Positions 1 to 7,291 of a stretch of DNA of 32,048 nucleotides are shown here, in pieces (position 1 is the first letter of the stretch; every line of letters starts with the position of its first letter). Below the pieces are notes generated by a model. The model ran no database searches. It was not told where the DNA came from and was given only the letters and a program-made list of their open reading frames with translations. The stretch is from Minisyncoccota bacterium. GTDB lineage: Bacteria; Patescibacteriota; Minisyncoccia; Phycocordibacterales; Phycocordibacteraceae. The DNA lies in NCBI GenBank assembly GCA_022842945.1, contig JALHOO010000003.1, forward strand, positions 80,458-112,505. Reading direction: 5' to 3'. The translations under genes and the position numbers were made by a program.

Positions 1-57
1 TGGTTATAGCCTATTTAGGACGAATGAGGAACTAGGAGGAATGCCGAACGACCGCCC

Positions 58-207
58 TCAACGAGGGCGGTCGTGACGCGATGTACTGTCTCCCTTGAGA
101 AGCAGGACGAGCGCAACGACACATAAGAGTCCGCTGACGCTGACTATCATGATGTTGTCGCTGATCGGGCCTGAGACCATTCCAAGGAGCTCACGAATGT
201 TACTCAT
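58..207 (-). CDS. small hydrophobic membrane peptide (49 aa), function unknown
   Basis: SD AGGGAG (220..215) lies 7 nt upstream of the ATG at 207. Hydrophobic helix IMIVSVSGLLCVVALVLLL. The stop sits inside hairpin 50-72. The ORF-track start at 270 has no RBS. Confidence 0.4.
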   Translation of the reverse strand: MSNIRELLGMVSGPISDNIMIVSVSGLLCVVALVLLLKGDSTSRHDRPR

Positions 208-288
208 GATCATACTCCCTTGTTCCTCAGATAGTGTATCAATCACTTGAATGCCAAAACCCGGTTTCAAACCGGGCTCTGGATAACT

Positions 289-364
289 TGGTGCGCGGTG
301 TAGGGATCGAACCTACTACCTCCACAACGTCAATGTAGCGCTCTACCAAGTGAGCTAACCGCGC
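289..364 (-). tRNA. tRNA-Val (anticodon GAC), CCA encoded
   Basis: Hand-folded cloverleaf. Acceptor GCGCGGT/ACCGCGC, D stem GCTC/GAGC, anticodon stem CTACA/TGTGG with loop TTGACGT, T arm GTAGG-TTCGATC-CCTAC, then A-CCA. Confidence 0.9.
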
Positions 365-365
365 A

Positions 366-1061
366 TCATGTTCTAGAGGTATCGGGAGCGATTCCCTCAC
401 AGAAACTTTTTGCAATGTACATTAGTCTGCGACGTATTTCAACTTTGCCGCAACTGATTGCGCAGACACCCTTGTAGTGTGGGTAAGTAGACTTCCCATG
501 AGTTCTCATGTCTATAGATGTTTTTCCAAAACTAGTTTCCGGTAGTTGAAGTTGTTCTGCCCAATAGCTTCTTAGTAATTCAGGGTTCTGATCAGCGCGA
601 AGATGTAAGTAGCACCTAATCTTATCAAATGGGACTCCATACAGACGTTTTAGGCTTTCTGCGAAGAAGCGTGCGATGGCAGGGTCTGAACTTCCAAGGG
701 AAGTTGTATCGCCCTTGGCACCCTCGCCAAGATAGAGAAACGCAAGAGCAAGTTCAATGATGTGCGGGTCTTGAGTATCAAGCTCTTCTAATACACGTCT
801 CCCTGACTCGTTCGCTGCTTCAATGCGTACTTCCTTCTGTGTGGTATGCCACACCGCAGCCTTTTGTCTTGCACGTACGAGCCCTTCTTTCGACTGACGT
901 ATTAGCTCTTGTTCTTGCTCCATTGTAAGTTGAATGGACTTGAACCAACCACTAAGAGTCGAACGAGGAATACCAAGCTCCCGTTCGATAGTGCCGATAG
1001 ACAGCCCTGATTGCCTGAGTTCTATGGCGCGTGAGCGCAATTGTTCGAATCGAGACCTCAT
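366..1061 (-). CDS. HTH (resolvase-type) plus LAGLIDADG-like domain protein, possible free-standing homing-endonuclease-like gene
   Basis: N-terminal LRQSGLSIGTIERELGIPRSTLSGWFK is HTH-like. Internal LAFLYLGEGAKGD resembles the LAGLIDADG motif. Start taken at the ATG at 1061, with TATTAT 6 nt upstream. The TGA stop is 1 nt from the tRNA-Val 5' end. Confidence 0.45.
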   Translation of the reverse strand: MRSRFEQLRSRAIELRQSGLSIGTIERELGIPRSTLSGWFKSIQLTMEQEQELIRQSKEGLVRARQKAAVWHTTQKEVRIEAANESGRRVLEELDTQDPHIIELALAFLYLGEGAKGDTTSLGSSDPAIARFFAESLKRLYGVPFDKIRCYLHLRADQNPELLRSYWAEQLQLPETSFGKTSIDMRTHGKSTYPHYKGVCAISCGKVEIRRRLMYIAKSFCEGIAPDTSRT

Positions 1062-1114
1062 GTATACATAATACACTCAGAAGTACGAGCTATTGTATGT
1101 GATACGCTCAATCT

Positions 1115-1738
1115 GTGGAAACCATTTGCTTAACAGGCTCAAGTATAGACAGCGCCGCAAAGAAAGCTGCGCAGGTACTTAAGAATGGAGGCATTGTCCT
1201 CTTCCCAACGGACACTCTCTACGGTCTTGCCGTTGATGTAACAAACCCTAAAGCACTGCAGCGTCTGCGGGACTTAAAGGGCAGGGAAAAGAAGAAGCCG
1301 ATATCGGTAATTGTATCGGGAGTAGATGGTATTTCTGCATATGCTCAGATGAACGATGCAGCTCGTGTGCTTGCCGAGCGCTTTCTTCCCGGAGCACTCA
1401 CCCTCGTGCTGCCAGCAACCTCAAAGATTCCTCAAGAAGTCACACTTAACGGATCTATAGGTATCCGTGTTCCTAACGATGCGTTCTGTCTTGCCCTTGC
1501 ACGTGCGTTTGGCAAACCCTACACCGCAACCAGCGCAAACAAGAGCGGACGTGAGACACCGGCAACAATTCGAGAGGTTATGCTGCAGTTCGGACACAGT
1601 GTGAACGAGATAGCACTCGCTATAGATGACGGAGACCGGAAGGGCAGAACCGGCTCAACGGTTGTGACGATGGTAGATGGTGTTCCGTATGTGCTTCGCG
1701 AAGGTGCTATTACAAAAGAAATGTTGAACGATACATAG
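1115..1738 (+). CDS. tsaC: L-threonylcarbamoyladenylate synthase (YrdC/Sua5/TsaC family)
   Basis: Motifs PTDTLYGLAVD, KGREKKKPISV, TATSANKSG, GSTVV. GTG start. Confidence 0.8.
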   Translation: METICLTGSSIDSAAKKAAQVLKNGGIVLFPTDTLYGLAVDVTNPKALQRLRDLKGREKKKPISVIVSGVDGISAYAQMNDAARVLAERFLPGALTLVLPATSKIPQEVTLNGSIGIRVPNDAFCLALARAFGKPYTATSANKSGRETPATIREVMLQFGHSVNEIALAIDDGDRKGRTGSTVVTMVDGVPYVLREGAITKEMLNDT

Positions 1739-1743
1739 GGAAA

Positions 1744-1769
1744 CGGCTCCGCCTGTTGGGGCGGAGCCG
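1744..1769. terminator. bidirectional stem-loop between convergent tsaC and the 1787..2071 gene
   Basis: cggctccgcc / ggcggagccg 10-bp stem with a 6-nt loop. Confidence 0.55.
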
Positions 1770-1786
1770 GCGGAAACTGCAGTTCC

Positions 1787-2071
1787 CTAGTAGTAGAGTT
1801 CTTCGCACGGGGTGGTGTAGTGGCGGCACACCGCGGCATAGGCGTCGTTGTTGCGACACGCCGTCATGGCGTTCGCCCGTGCCCGCCTGAGAATCTGGTG
1901 CGTGCCGAACCAGTTTCCACCCGCGGTATCATAGACCCAGCAGCGATACACCAGAACCCGGGTGGTTGCCGCCGCCGACGACTCGCCGGACGCGGAAATC
2001 GCCGGCGCGGGCGCCGCCGCGCTCAGAAGCAGGGCAGCCGCCAGAGCCGGCGCGATAAGAAATTTATTCAC
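1787..2071 (-). CDS. small secreted protein with 4 Cys (94 aa), orphan, GC-rich
   Basis: Signal peptide MNKFLIAPALAAALLLSAAAPAPA. SD AAGGAGA lies 6 nt upstream of the GTG start. About 66% G+C over 1861-1980 by hand count. The plus-strand Arg-rich ORF 1820..2086 is a shadow. Confidence 0.6.
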   Translation of the reverse strand: MNKFLIAPALAAALLLSAAAPAPAISASGESSAAATTRVLVYRCWVYDTAGGNWFGTHQILRRARANAMTACRNNDAYAAVCRHYTTPCEELYY

Positions 2072-2087
2072 GGGATGTCTCCTTGAG

Positions 2088-2109
2088 AGTTAAAAGGTAC
2101 GCGTACTGG
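2088..2109 (-). promoter_or_regulatory. copy 1 of shared element agttaaaaggtacgcgtactgg (core palindrome GTACGCGTAC 2097-2106)
   Basis: A near-identical 23-nt copy lies at 17515-17537. Both sit 25-32 nt upstream of an SD-led orphan gene on the minus strand. Confidence 0.5.
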
Positions 2110-2152
2110 TTCTGACCCTACCGTGCCGTGTGGGGTTTCGTCAACTTTAGAG

Positions 2153-2632
2153 CTACGACACCGGGAACCAACCCGTAGCCTTGCGACTAGTTGCAACCGA
2201 GTGTGTAAGTGGTTCTCCGCGTCCTGTTTCGCAGACAAGCTTCAAGCTCTGGAGTGCCTTCTCCCACTGATATCCTGTTATGCGATAGAACTCGGTTATC
2301 TCATTCCATCCACTTTGAGTGAAAGAGACAAGGGTGCCGCGCGAGGGGCTCTCCGCAAAGTCTATGCGTATGGTTGTAGGGAACTCAGACGCATCTTTGG
2401 AGAAGGTGCTTCGCAGTACGGTCCACGTAATCATCTTGTTCATACGGTAGTCCGTAATCGCAACGTGCGTCGCCTGGTCTGGTCCAAAGCCAAGCTTTAG
2501 TTCGCCACCTTTCTTTGGATCTCCCGTTATGTCGCGCGAGTACCAACTCCGCAGTCCTCCAAGGGTGGTCATCATCTCATACACCCGCCCTATAGGCATG
2601 GCTATGTCGACGGTGAAGGTGATCTTTTCCAT
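2153..2632 (-). CDS. SRPBCC/AHSA1-like (START-fold) domain protein
   Basis: 159 aa. The length and pattern (FTVDIAMPIGRVYEMMT..LRSWY..) resemble Aha1/SRPBCC-family proteins. Recognised by family resemblance only. Confidence 0.45.
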   Translation of the reverse strand: MEKITFTVDIAMPIGRVYEMMTTLGGLRSWYSRDITGDPKKGGELKLGFGPDQATHVAITDYRMNKMITWTVLRSTFSKDASEFPTTIRIDFAESPSRGTLVSFTQSGWNEITEFYRITGYQWEKALQSLKLVCETGRGEPLTHSVATSRKATGWFPVS

Positions 2633-2648
2633 AGGAGGGGGAAACGCG

Positions 2649-2670
2649 AAAGCGCCCCGAGGGGCGCTTT
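2649..2670 (-). terminator. stem-loop downstream of the cold-shock gene
   Basis: aaagcgcccc..ggggcgcttt inverted repeat. Confidence 0.5.
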
Positions 2671-2674
2671 TCGG

Positions 2675-2875
2675 TTAGACCTTGCTGACCTTGATCGCGT
2701 TCTGTCCCTTAGGACCTTCAGCGACTTCGAACTCGAGAGTGTCTCCCTCGCGAAGATCGTCAAAGTTGACGTTCACGAGCTCGTTAGAGTGGAAGAAAAG
2801 ATCCTTCGCTGCTCCTTCGATGCGGATGAATCCGAATCCCTTATCAGTAAGACCTGCAATTGTTCCCTGCTGCAT
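2675..2875 (-). CDS. cspA: cold-shock protein (CspA family)
   Basis: GTIAGLTDKGFGFIRIEG..DLFFHSNEL carries the RNP1 and RNP2-like motifs. 66 aa. Confidence 0.85.
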   Translation of the reverse strand: MQQGTIAGLTDKGFGFIRIEGAAKDLFFHSNELVNVNFDDLREGDTLEFEVAEGPKGQNAIKVSKV

Positions 2876-3025
2876 ATGCGATGTGTTGTTGAGAGCACCT
2901 AAGTAAGTATCAATGAGGCTGGATATCGAAACTACGATTTCCGTACTACTTACTCAGCGCTACGTTGATAGCACCAGACTACTACAATCGTATTATTTTG
3001 TCAACTCATGTCTGTGGGTCGCACA

Positions 3026-3054
3026 AAGCCCCGGACCAAGATGGTCCGGGGCTT
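3026..3054 (-). terminator. intrinsic terminator of the lipoprotein gene
   Basis: aagccccggacc / ggtccggggctt 12-bp stem with a 5-nt loop, followed by TTTG on the minus strand. Confidence 0.6.
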
Positions 3055-3069
3055 GATAGCAGGCCGAAA

Positions 3070-3408
3070 CTAGGTGTTCGGCCGACAAGTGGTATTGGCC
3101 AGCTGGCCCATGTTGTAGGTCGCGATGCAGCTGTAACGGTTTCCGTTGCCGGTGTCGGCCGTCCAGGCCAGCTTCATCATCTCGGGGTTGTGGCGATTCA
3201 GAATCTGGATGCTCGCCGCCAGGATCATGGGCTGGTCGTTGTCCTGAAGCCACTGAGCCGTGACATTCTGGAGGGTGCTGTCGGGCGCCTGGCCGAGTCC
3301 GAACGGAGTCGCGTTTGCCATGGCGAGCACAGCGTTGTTCACGGTGCCACAGCCGGAGAGCGCGACGGCCGCGAGGCCGCAGAGAACGGTCATCTTGAAA
3401 GTACGCAT
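3070..3408 (-). CDS. lipoprotein (112 aa), orphan, GC-rich
   Basis: Start moved to the ATG at 3408 (MRTFKMTVLCGLAAVALSGC) with a lipobox LSGC. SD AAGGAG lies 7 nt upstream. Confidence 0.6.
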   Translation of the reverse strand: MRTFKMTVLCGLAAVALSGCGTVNNAVLAMANATPFGLGQAPDSTLQNVTAQWLQDNDQPMILAASIQILNRHNPEMMKLAWTADTGNGNRYSCIATYNMGQLANTTCRPNT

Positions 3409-3509
3409 CGTAAGGCTCCTTGATGCTGCCGCCACAGTGACGTTACGGTCTGCTAAAGAGCAGAACCACAGCTTTTCGTACGGAATCTTTTGGACCCGTA
3501 TCTGATAGG

Positions 3510-3538
3510 GTTATACGTTATTTAGATAACTCAGTCAA
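3510..3538 (-). promoter_or_regulatory. sigma70-like promoter for the lipoprotein gene
   Basis: TTGACT, 17 nt, TATAAC on the minus strand. Confidence 0.4.
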
Positions 3539-3568
3539 ATGATATTTTGATAGGTCTTGCCTTAAAAT

Positions 3569-3597
3569 GCAAAACCGTCCTTATCGGACGGTTTTGC
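3569..3597 (-). terminator. stem-loop downstream of tRNA-Glu
   Basis: gcaaaaccgtcc / ggacggttttgc 12-bp stem with a 5-nt loop, followed by ATTTTAAGG on the minus strand. Confidence 0.6.
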
Positions 3598-3602
3598 TCA
3601 TG

Positions 3603-3674
3603 TGATCCCACGGGGAATCGAACCCCGATTTCCTGCGTGAAAGGCGGGCGTCCTAACCGTTAGACGATGGGACC
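3603..3674 (-). tRNA. tRNA-Glu (anticodon TTC), no encoded CCA
   Basis: Hand fold: acceptor GGTCCCA/TGGGATC, anticodon loop CTTTCAC, T arm CGGGG-TTCGATT-CCCCG. One C-A mismatch in the anticodon stem. Confidence 0.85.
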
Positions 3675-3760
3675 TTTCCTGTAGCTTGGTGCTACGACTG
3701 GCACTGTACCACTTTTTCTACAGGCCTCAAACGTCCTCGTAGTTTATACTCGGAGGATAT

Positions 3761-4723
3761 ATGGCACTTATACTTTCGTTCGCGCTTCTTGCGGTTGGGC
3801 TCGTTATTCTCATACTCGGCGCCGAATGGCTCGTTAAGGGTGCCTCATCTATTGCACGTAAGTACGGTATTCCTCCTTTGGTTATTGGTCTCACGGTTGT
3901 GGCATTCGGTACCTCGATGCCAGAGTTGTCTGTGAACATATATGCCGCTGTCTCCGGTGCAACAGGCCTTGCTATTGGAAACGTGGTTGGCTCAAATATC
4001 GCAAACATACTCCTTGTACTCGGTGCGTCCGCTATCATCTGCAGCCTTTCCGTTAAATCAAGCACGGTACGTTGGGAGATTCCGCTCGCGCTCCTTGCGA
4101 GCGTACTCGTCCTCGTCTTTGGCAGCGATATCCTGCTTGATGGAGGGGTAACGAATGTGATAACTCGTACGGACGGTATGGCGCTTCTGGGCCTCTTTGC
4201 CATATTCATGTTCTATATCGTGGCGCTGTTCCGTTCTGACGCGAGTCCCTTAGAAGAAGAGGAGGAGAAGCCGCTGACGCCATTACGTGCATTCCTATAC
4301 ACCATCGTTGGTCTTGTCGCGCTCACTGGCGGCGGACGCCTCCTTGTAGATCAGGCAGTGTCTCTAGCAGGGGTCATAGGTCTTTCAGAAGCAGTTATCG
4401 GTCTTACGGTTGTTGCTATAGGAACGTCGCTTCCGGAACTTGCAACGTCTGTAGTTGCCGCATGGCGTAAGCAGGTAGATATTGCGGTAGGGAACGTCAT
4501 TGGTTCAAACATCTTCAACATCTTCTTGGTACTTGGCGTGAGCTCTGTTATCGCACCCTTGCCGGTGCGGGAAGGGTTCGTGGTTGATGCACTCGTTATG
4601 ATTGTGGCAACCGTCTTCCTCTTTGTTGCCCTCTTCCTTGGAAAGCGTGGACACATCGACCGATGGCAGGGCATTGTGTTCATACTCCTCTATGTTGGCT
4701 ACGTGGCGTATCTCCTCCTCTAA
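3761..4723 (+). CDS. Ca2+/Na+ antiporter (CaCA/YrbG family)
   Basis: Two alpha-repeats, GTSMPELSV..GNVVGSNIANILLVLG and GTSLPELATS..GNVIGSNIFNIFLVLG. About 10 TM segments. Confidence 0.85.
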   Translation: MALILSFALLAVGLVILILGAEWLVKGASSIARKYGIPPLVIGLTVVAFGTSMPELSVNIYAAVSGATGLAIGNVVGSNIANILLVLGASAIICSLSVKSSTVRWEIPLALLASVLVLVFGSDILLDGGVTNVITRTDGMALLGLFAIFMFYIVALFRSDASPLEEEEEKPLTPLRAFLYTIVGLVALTGGGRLLVDQAVSLAGVIGLSEAVIGLTVVAIGTSLPELATSVVAAWRKQVDIAVGNVIGSNIFNIFLVLGVSSVIAPLPVREGFVVDALVMIVATVFLFVALFLGKRGHIDRWQGIVFILLYVGYVAYLLL

Positions 4724-4777
4724 CCCCCTACTTATCATTTAGTGCGTATCTTGCTAGGATGCAGGAGTTCAACTCAA

Positions 4778-4862
4778 GGAGAGGTGCGTGAGTGGTTGAA
4801 ACGACCGGTTTCGAAAACCGGCATGCCGAAAGGTATCGGGAGTTCGAATCTCCCCCTCTCCG
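4778..4862 (+). tRNA. tRNA-Ser (anticodon CGA), long variable arm
   Basis: Acceptor GGAGAGG/CCTCTCC, anticodon stem CCGGT/ACCGG with loop TTCGAAA, T arm GGGAG-TTCGAAT-CTCCC. TGcTAGGAT extended -10 at 4752-4760. Confidence 0.9.
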
Positions 4863-4959
4863 CTAAAGAGACTCGAAGAGAGTCAGATCACCACCTTCAC
4901 AGCACAGCCAAGCTGTGCCTTGGTTTGGGTGTGTCGGCGGTGAAAGGTACAATGGCTTT

Positions 4960-6507
4960 ATGCGCGTCCAGACTCTCCGCCTGCTCGACTTCAAGCGTTT
5001 TCACGACCTCACAATCGACCTGACAACTAGGTCCACGAAAATCGTCGCCATCGTCGGGCCCAACGGCTCCGGCAAGAGCAGTGTGTTCGACGCGTTTGAA
5101 GAGATCGGAAGTTTTCAAAAAGGGCGAGGGGGCAAGTTAGAGGCTTACTACAAAAAATCTGCCCACGACCCGGCCGGTCCGGTTGTGCCAGGCTACGACG
5201 TTCATCGCTCTGTTCAGTTGGTGACCGACCCGGCCGAACTGACGCGTACGAGTATTTATATTCGAAGCGCGTACCGGTTCACGGCTCGGCTCGGTGTCGG
5301 GCAAATTCGCCAACTCCCTGACGCCGAAGCGGATGGTAACAGACCGCAGTATCTGATCGATACCGACGCGAGGCTCACCGAAAATTACGAGCGCCTAATC
5401 GGCCGCTTTTTCGGAGAGGTCTACAATAAGGACGTGAAGGGCGACGAGTGGGTCACGGCCAACATCGAAGGCATCAACGTTGTCCTGAGGGAGGTTCTGG
5501 ATATCCAAATATCCGACCTCGGTAACCCCGTCGAAGGGCAGGGGAGCCTGTACTTCGATAAGGGCACGTCGCGAAAATTTCCATACGAGAACCTTTCCGC
5601 GGGCGAGAAGGAGGTCGTCGACCTAGTGCTCGATCTCTACGTGAAGCGGACGATCTACACCGACAGCATCATTTGCATCGACGAGCCTGAGCTCCACCTC
5701 AACACGGCCATTCAGCGCCGACTTCTCATCGAACTCGAGAAGCTGGTACCCGATGGTTCTCAGCTTTGGGTGGCGACCCACAGCATCGGGTTCCTGCGCG
5801 CACTCCAAGAGGAGCTTCGAGACAATACAACGGTTCTCGATTTCAGCGATATCGATTTTGATGCGCCACATACGATCGTGCCGATCGCCGGGTCGCGTGC
5901 GGACTGGTCTCGCATATTCGCAACGGCGCTTGAGGACCTGACAGGTCTCCTTGCGCCTAGGCGGATCGTCTACTGCGAAGGACGTCCTGATCCGGGCGTG
6001 AACGGCGAAGAGCAAGGTCTCGACGCCGATGTGTACAACACGATTTTCCAGGAAGGGCACGGCGACACCCTGTTCGTGTCGAGCGGAGGTGGCGGAGAAG
6101 TCTCAAGGAATGCCCTTCTCGCGATGCGGATTCTCGGCAAGGCCCTCAGGGATGTGCGTCTCGATATTCTGAAAGACCGAGACCAACTTTCTGAAGCTGA
6201 GCGCGATGCCTTTCTTGCTGAGGACCCTTCGAAACGGATGCTGCGCCGGCATGAGCTGGAAAACTACTTGTTCGACAAAGAGGTGTTGCAAGCCTTCTGC
6301 GCCGGCAGGGGTGGAGCGCTTGATGAGGCTCGCTACGACGCAGCAGTGAATGACGTCCTTATGCAAGATCTCAAACTGGTCCAGCAGGAGATACAGGCCG
6401 CCTGCGCCTTCAGGGGAAACATGCCCGAATTTAAACGTGCCCTAGCATCCGCCTTCGACCCCGCGTTCGCGGTCTACCAGGATCTGGAAGCCTCCATCTT
6501 TCCCTAG
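4960..6507 (+). CDS. ABC-type (RecF/SMC-like) ATPase fused to a Toprim/DUF4435-like C-terminal domain; OLD-family or PARIS-like defence candidate
   Basis: Walker A GPNGSGKS, signature LSAGEKEV, Walker B IICIDEPELHL, VATHS. The C-terminus carries RIVYCEGRPD, SSGGGGEV, ILKDRDQL and HELENYLF. Start taken at the ATG at 4960 (MRVQTLRLLDFKRF). Confidence 0.65.
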   Translation: MRVQTLRLLDFKRFHDLTIDLTTRSTKIVAIVGPNGSGKSSVFDAFEEIGSFQKGRGGKLEAYYKKSAHDPAGPVVPGYDVHRSVQLVTDPAELTRTSIYIRSAYRFTARLGVGQIRQLPDAEADGNRPQYLIDTDARLTENYERLIGRFFGEVYNKDVKGDEWVTANIEGINVVLREVLDIQISDLGNPVEGQGSLYFDKGTSRKFPYENLSAGEKEVVDLVLDLYVKRTIYTDSIICIDEPELHLNTAIQRRLLIELEKLVPDGSQLWVATHSIGFLRALQEELRDNTTVLDFSDIDFDAPHTIVPIAGSRADWSRIFATALEDLTGLLAPRRIVYCEGRPDPGVNGEEQGLDADVYNTIFQEGHGDTLFVSSGGGGEVSRNALLAMRILGKALRDVRLDILKDRDQLSEAERDAFLAEDPSKRMLRRHELENYLFDKEVLQAFCAGRGGALDEARYDAAVNDVLMQDLKLVQQEIQAACAFRGNMPEFKRALASAFDPAFAVYQDLEASIFP

Positions 6508-6603
6508 TCGGTTAGCGCATGCGGGCGTCTGAAGCATTCGCGGCCTCAAACAGAGTCGTTTGACCCCCTTCTATGCACAGGCGCGCATGAGACCATTGCC
6601 TCA

Positions 6604-6765
6604 ATGGGACTTAGTCCAGAGGAACTCCAGACCTTCAAGGACGCCTACAAAAAGGCATTCCAGGAAGATCTCGACGATGCCGAAGCATCCGATCTGGCCT
6701 ACCGCCTGCAAGAACTCTATCGGCTCATACTGACGAAGCCGGATGTGTGCGCCTCAACGGATTGA
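6604..6765 (+). CDS. small helical acidic ORF (53 aa), unknown; in frame with the preceding ATPase gene
   Basis: MGLSPEELQTFKDAYKKAFQEDLDDAEASDLAYRLQELYRLILTKPD reads like real coding sequence. No SD. Same frame as 4960..6507, with no stop between the TAG at 6505 and 6763. Confidence 0.3.
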   Translation: MGLSPEELQTFKDAYKKAFQEDLDDAEASDLAYRLQELYRLILTKPDVCASTD

Positions 6766-6850
6766 TCATCAGTCACGACACCATACTTCCTAAGCAACGA
6801 AAACGCCGCCCAGGGATGCTGGGCGGCGTTGGTCAATTTCGAAGGCTTGC

Positions 6851-7024
6851 TCAGAGAGCCCTGCGGAACATGCGGATGCAGTTACGACCGTTCTCTTCTG
6901 CCACGTCTTTTGGTAACGCGGGACGGTCTTCGAGCTGTGGCTCGCGCCAAGCCAAGAACCGGTTGAGGACGGTGTCGGCCTGCATCTCTTCAGCCGTAGG
7001 TAGGTCGCGTGGACGAACTAGCAT
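6851..7024 (-). CDS. small ORF (57 aa), unknown
   Basis: SD AAGGAG lies 7 nt upstream of the ATG at 7024. The ORF-track start at 7084 lacks an RBS. Confidence 0.3.
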   Translation of the reverse strand: MLVRPRDLPTAEEMQADTVLNRFLAWREPQLEDRPALPKDVAEENGRNCIRMFRRAL

Positions 7025-7255
7025 AGCAATGCTCCTTCGCTGTCTGAAACTGTTGTCCAAATGAAGTATACCGTGTTTCAGCATACTGGGGATGTCAGGG
7101 ACTTCGGGGACGTTGATTTAGCGTTATGCGGCGTCCGTCAGCTCGTCGGATGCAATCACGTCTCGTATCTCTTCGAGTGCCTCACCCCGTTTGCTACTCT
7201 TGGTGTGTGCTAGCATTTCCTCAAGCCACACCTCGGCCTCTTCCGGAGGCTGATA

Positions 7256-7290
7256 AGTTCGAACGTCATCTACCTGCCCCCGCTAAAAGA
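7256..7290 (+). repeat. degenerate copy of the tRNA-Ser 3' end and its flank (possible distal att remnant)
   Basis: agttcgaa..catctacctgcccccgctaaaaga compared with the tRNA end agttcgaatctccccctctccgctaaagaga at 4841-4870. AGTTCG matches, then 15 of 21 positions match after a 4-nt indel. Confidence 0.3.
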
Positions 7291-7291
7291 A

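Noticed and set aside
1820-2086. 88-aa Arg-rich plus-strand ORF
   Set aside because: It is the shadow of the minus-strand secreted-protein gene, which has an SD, a signal peptide and a terminator.
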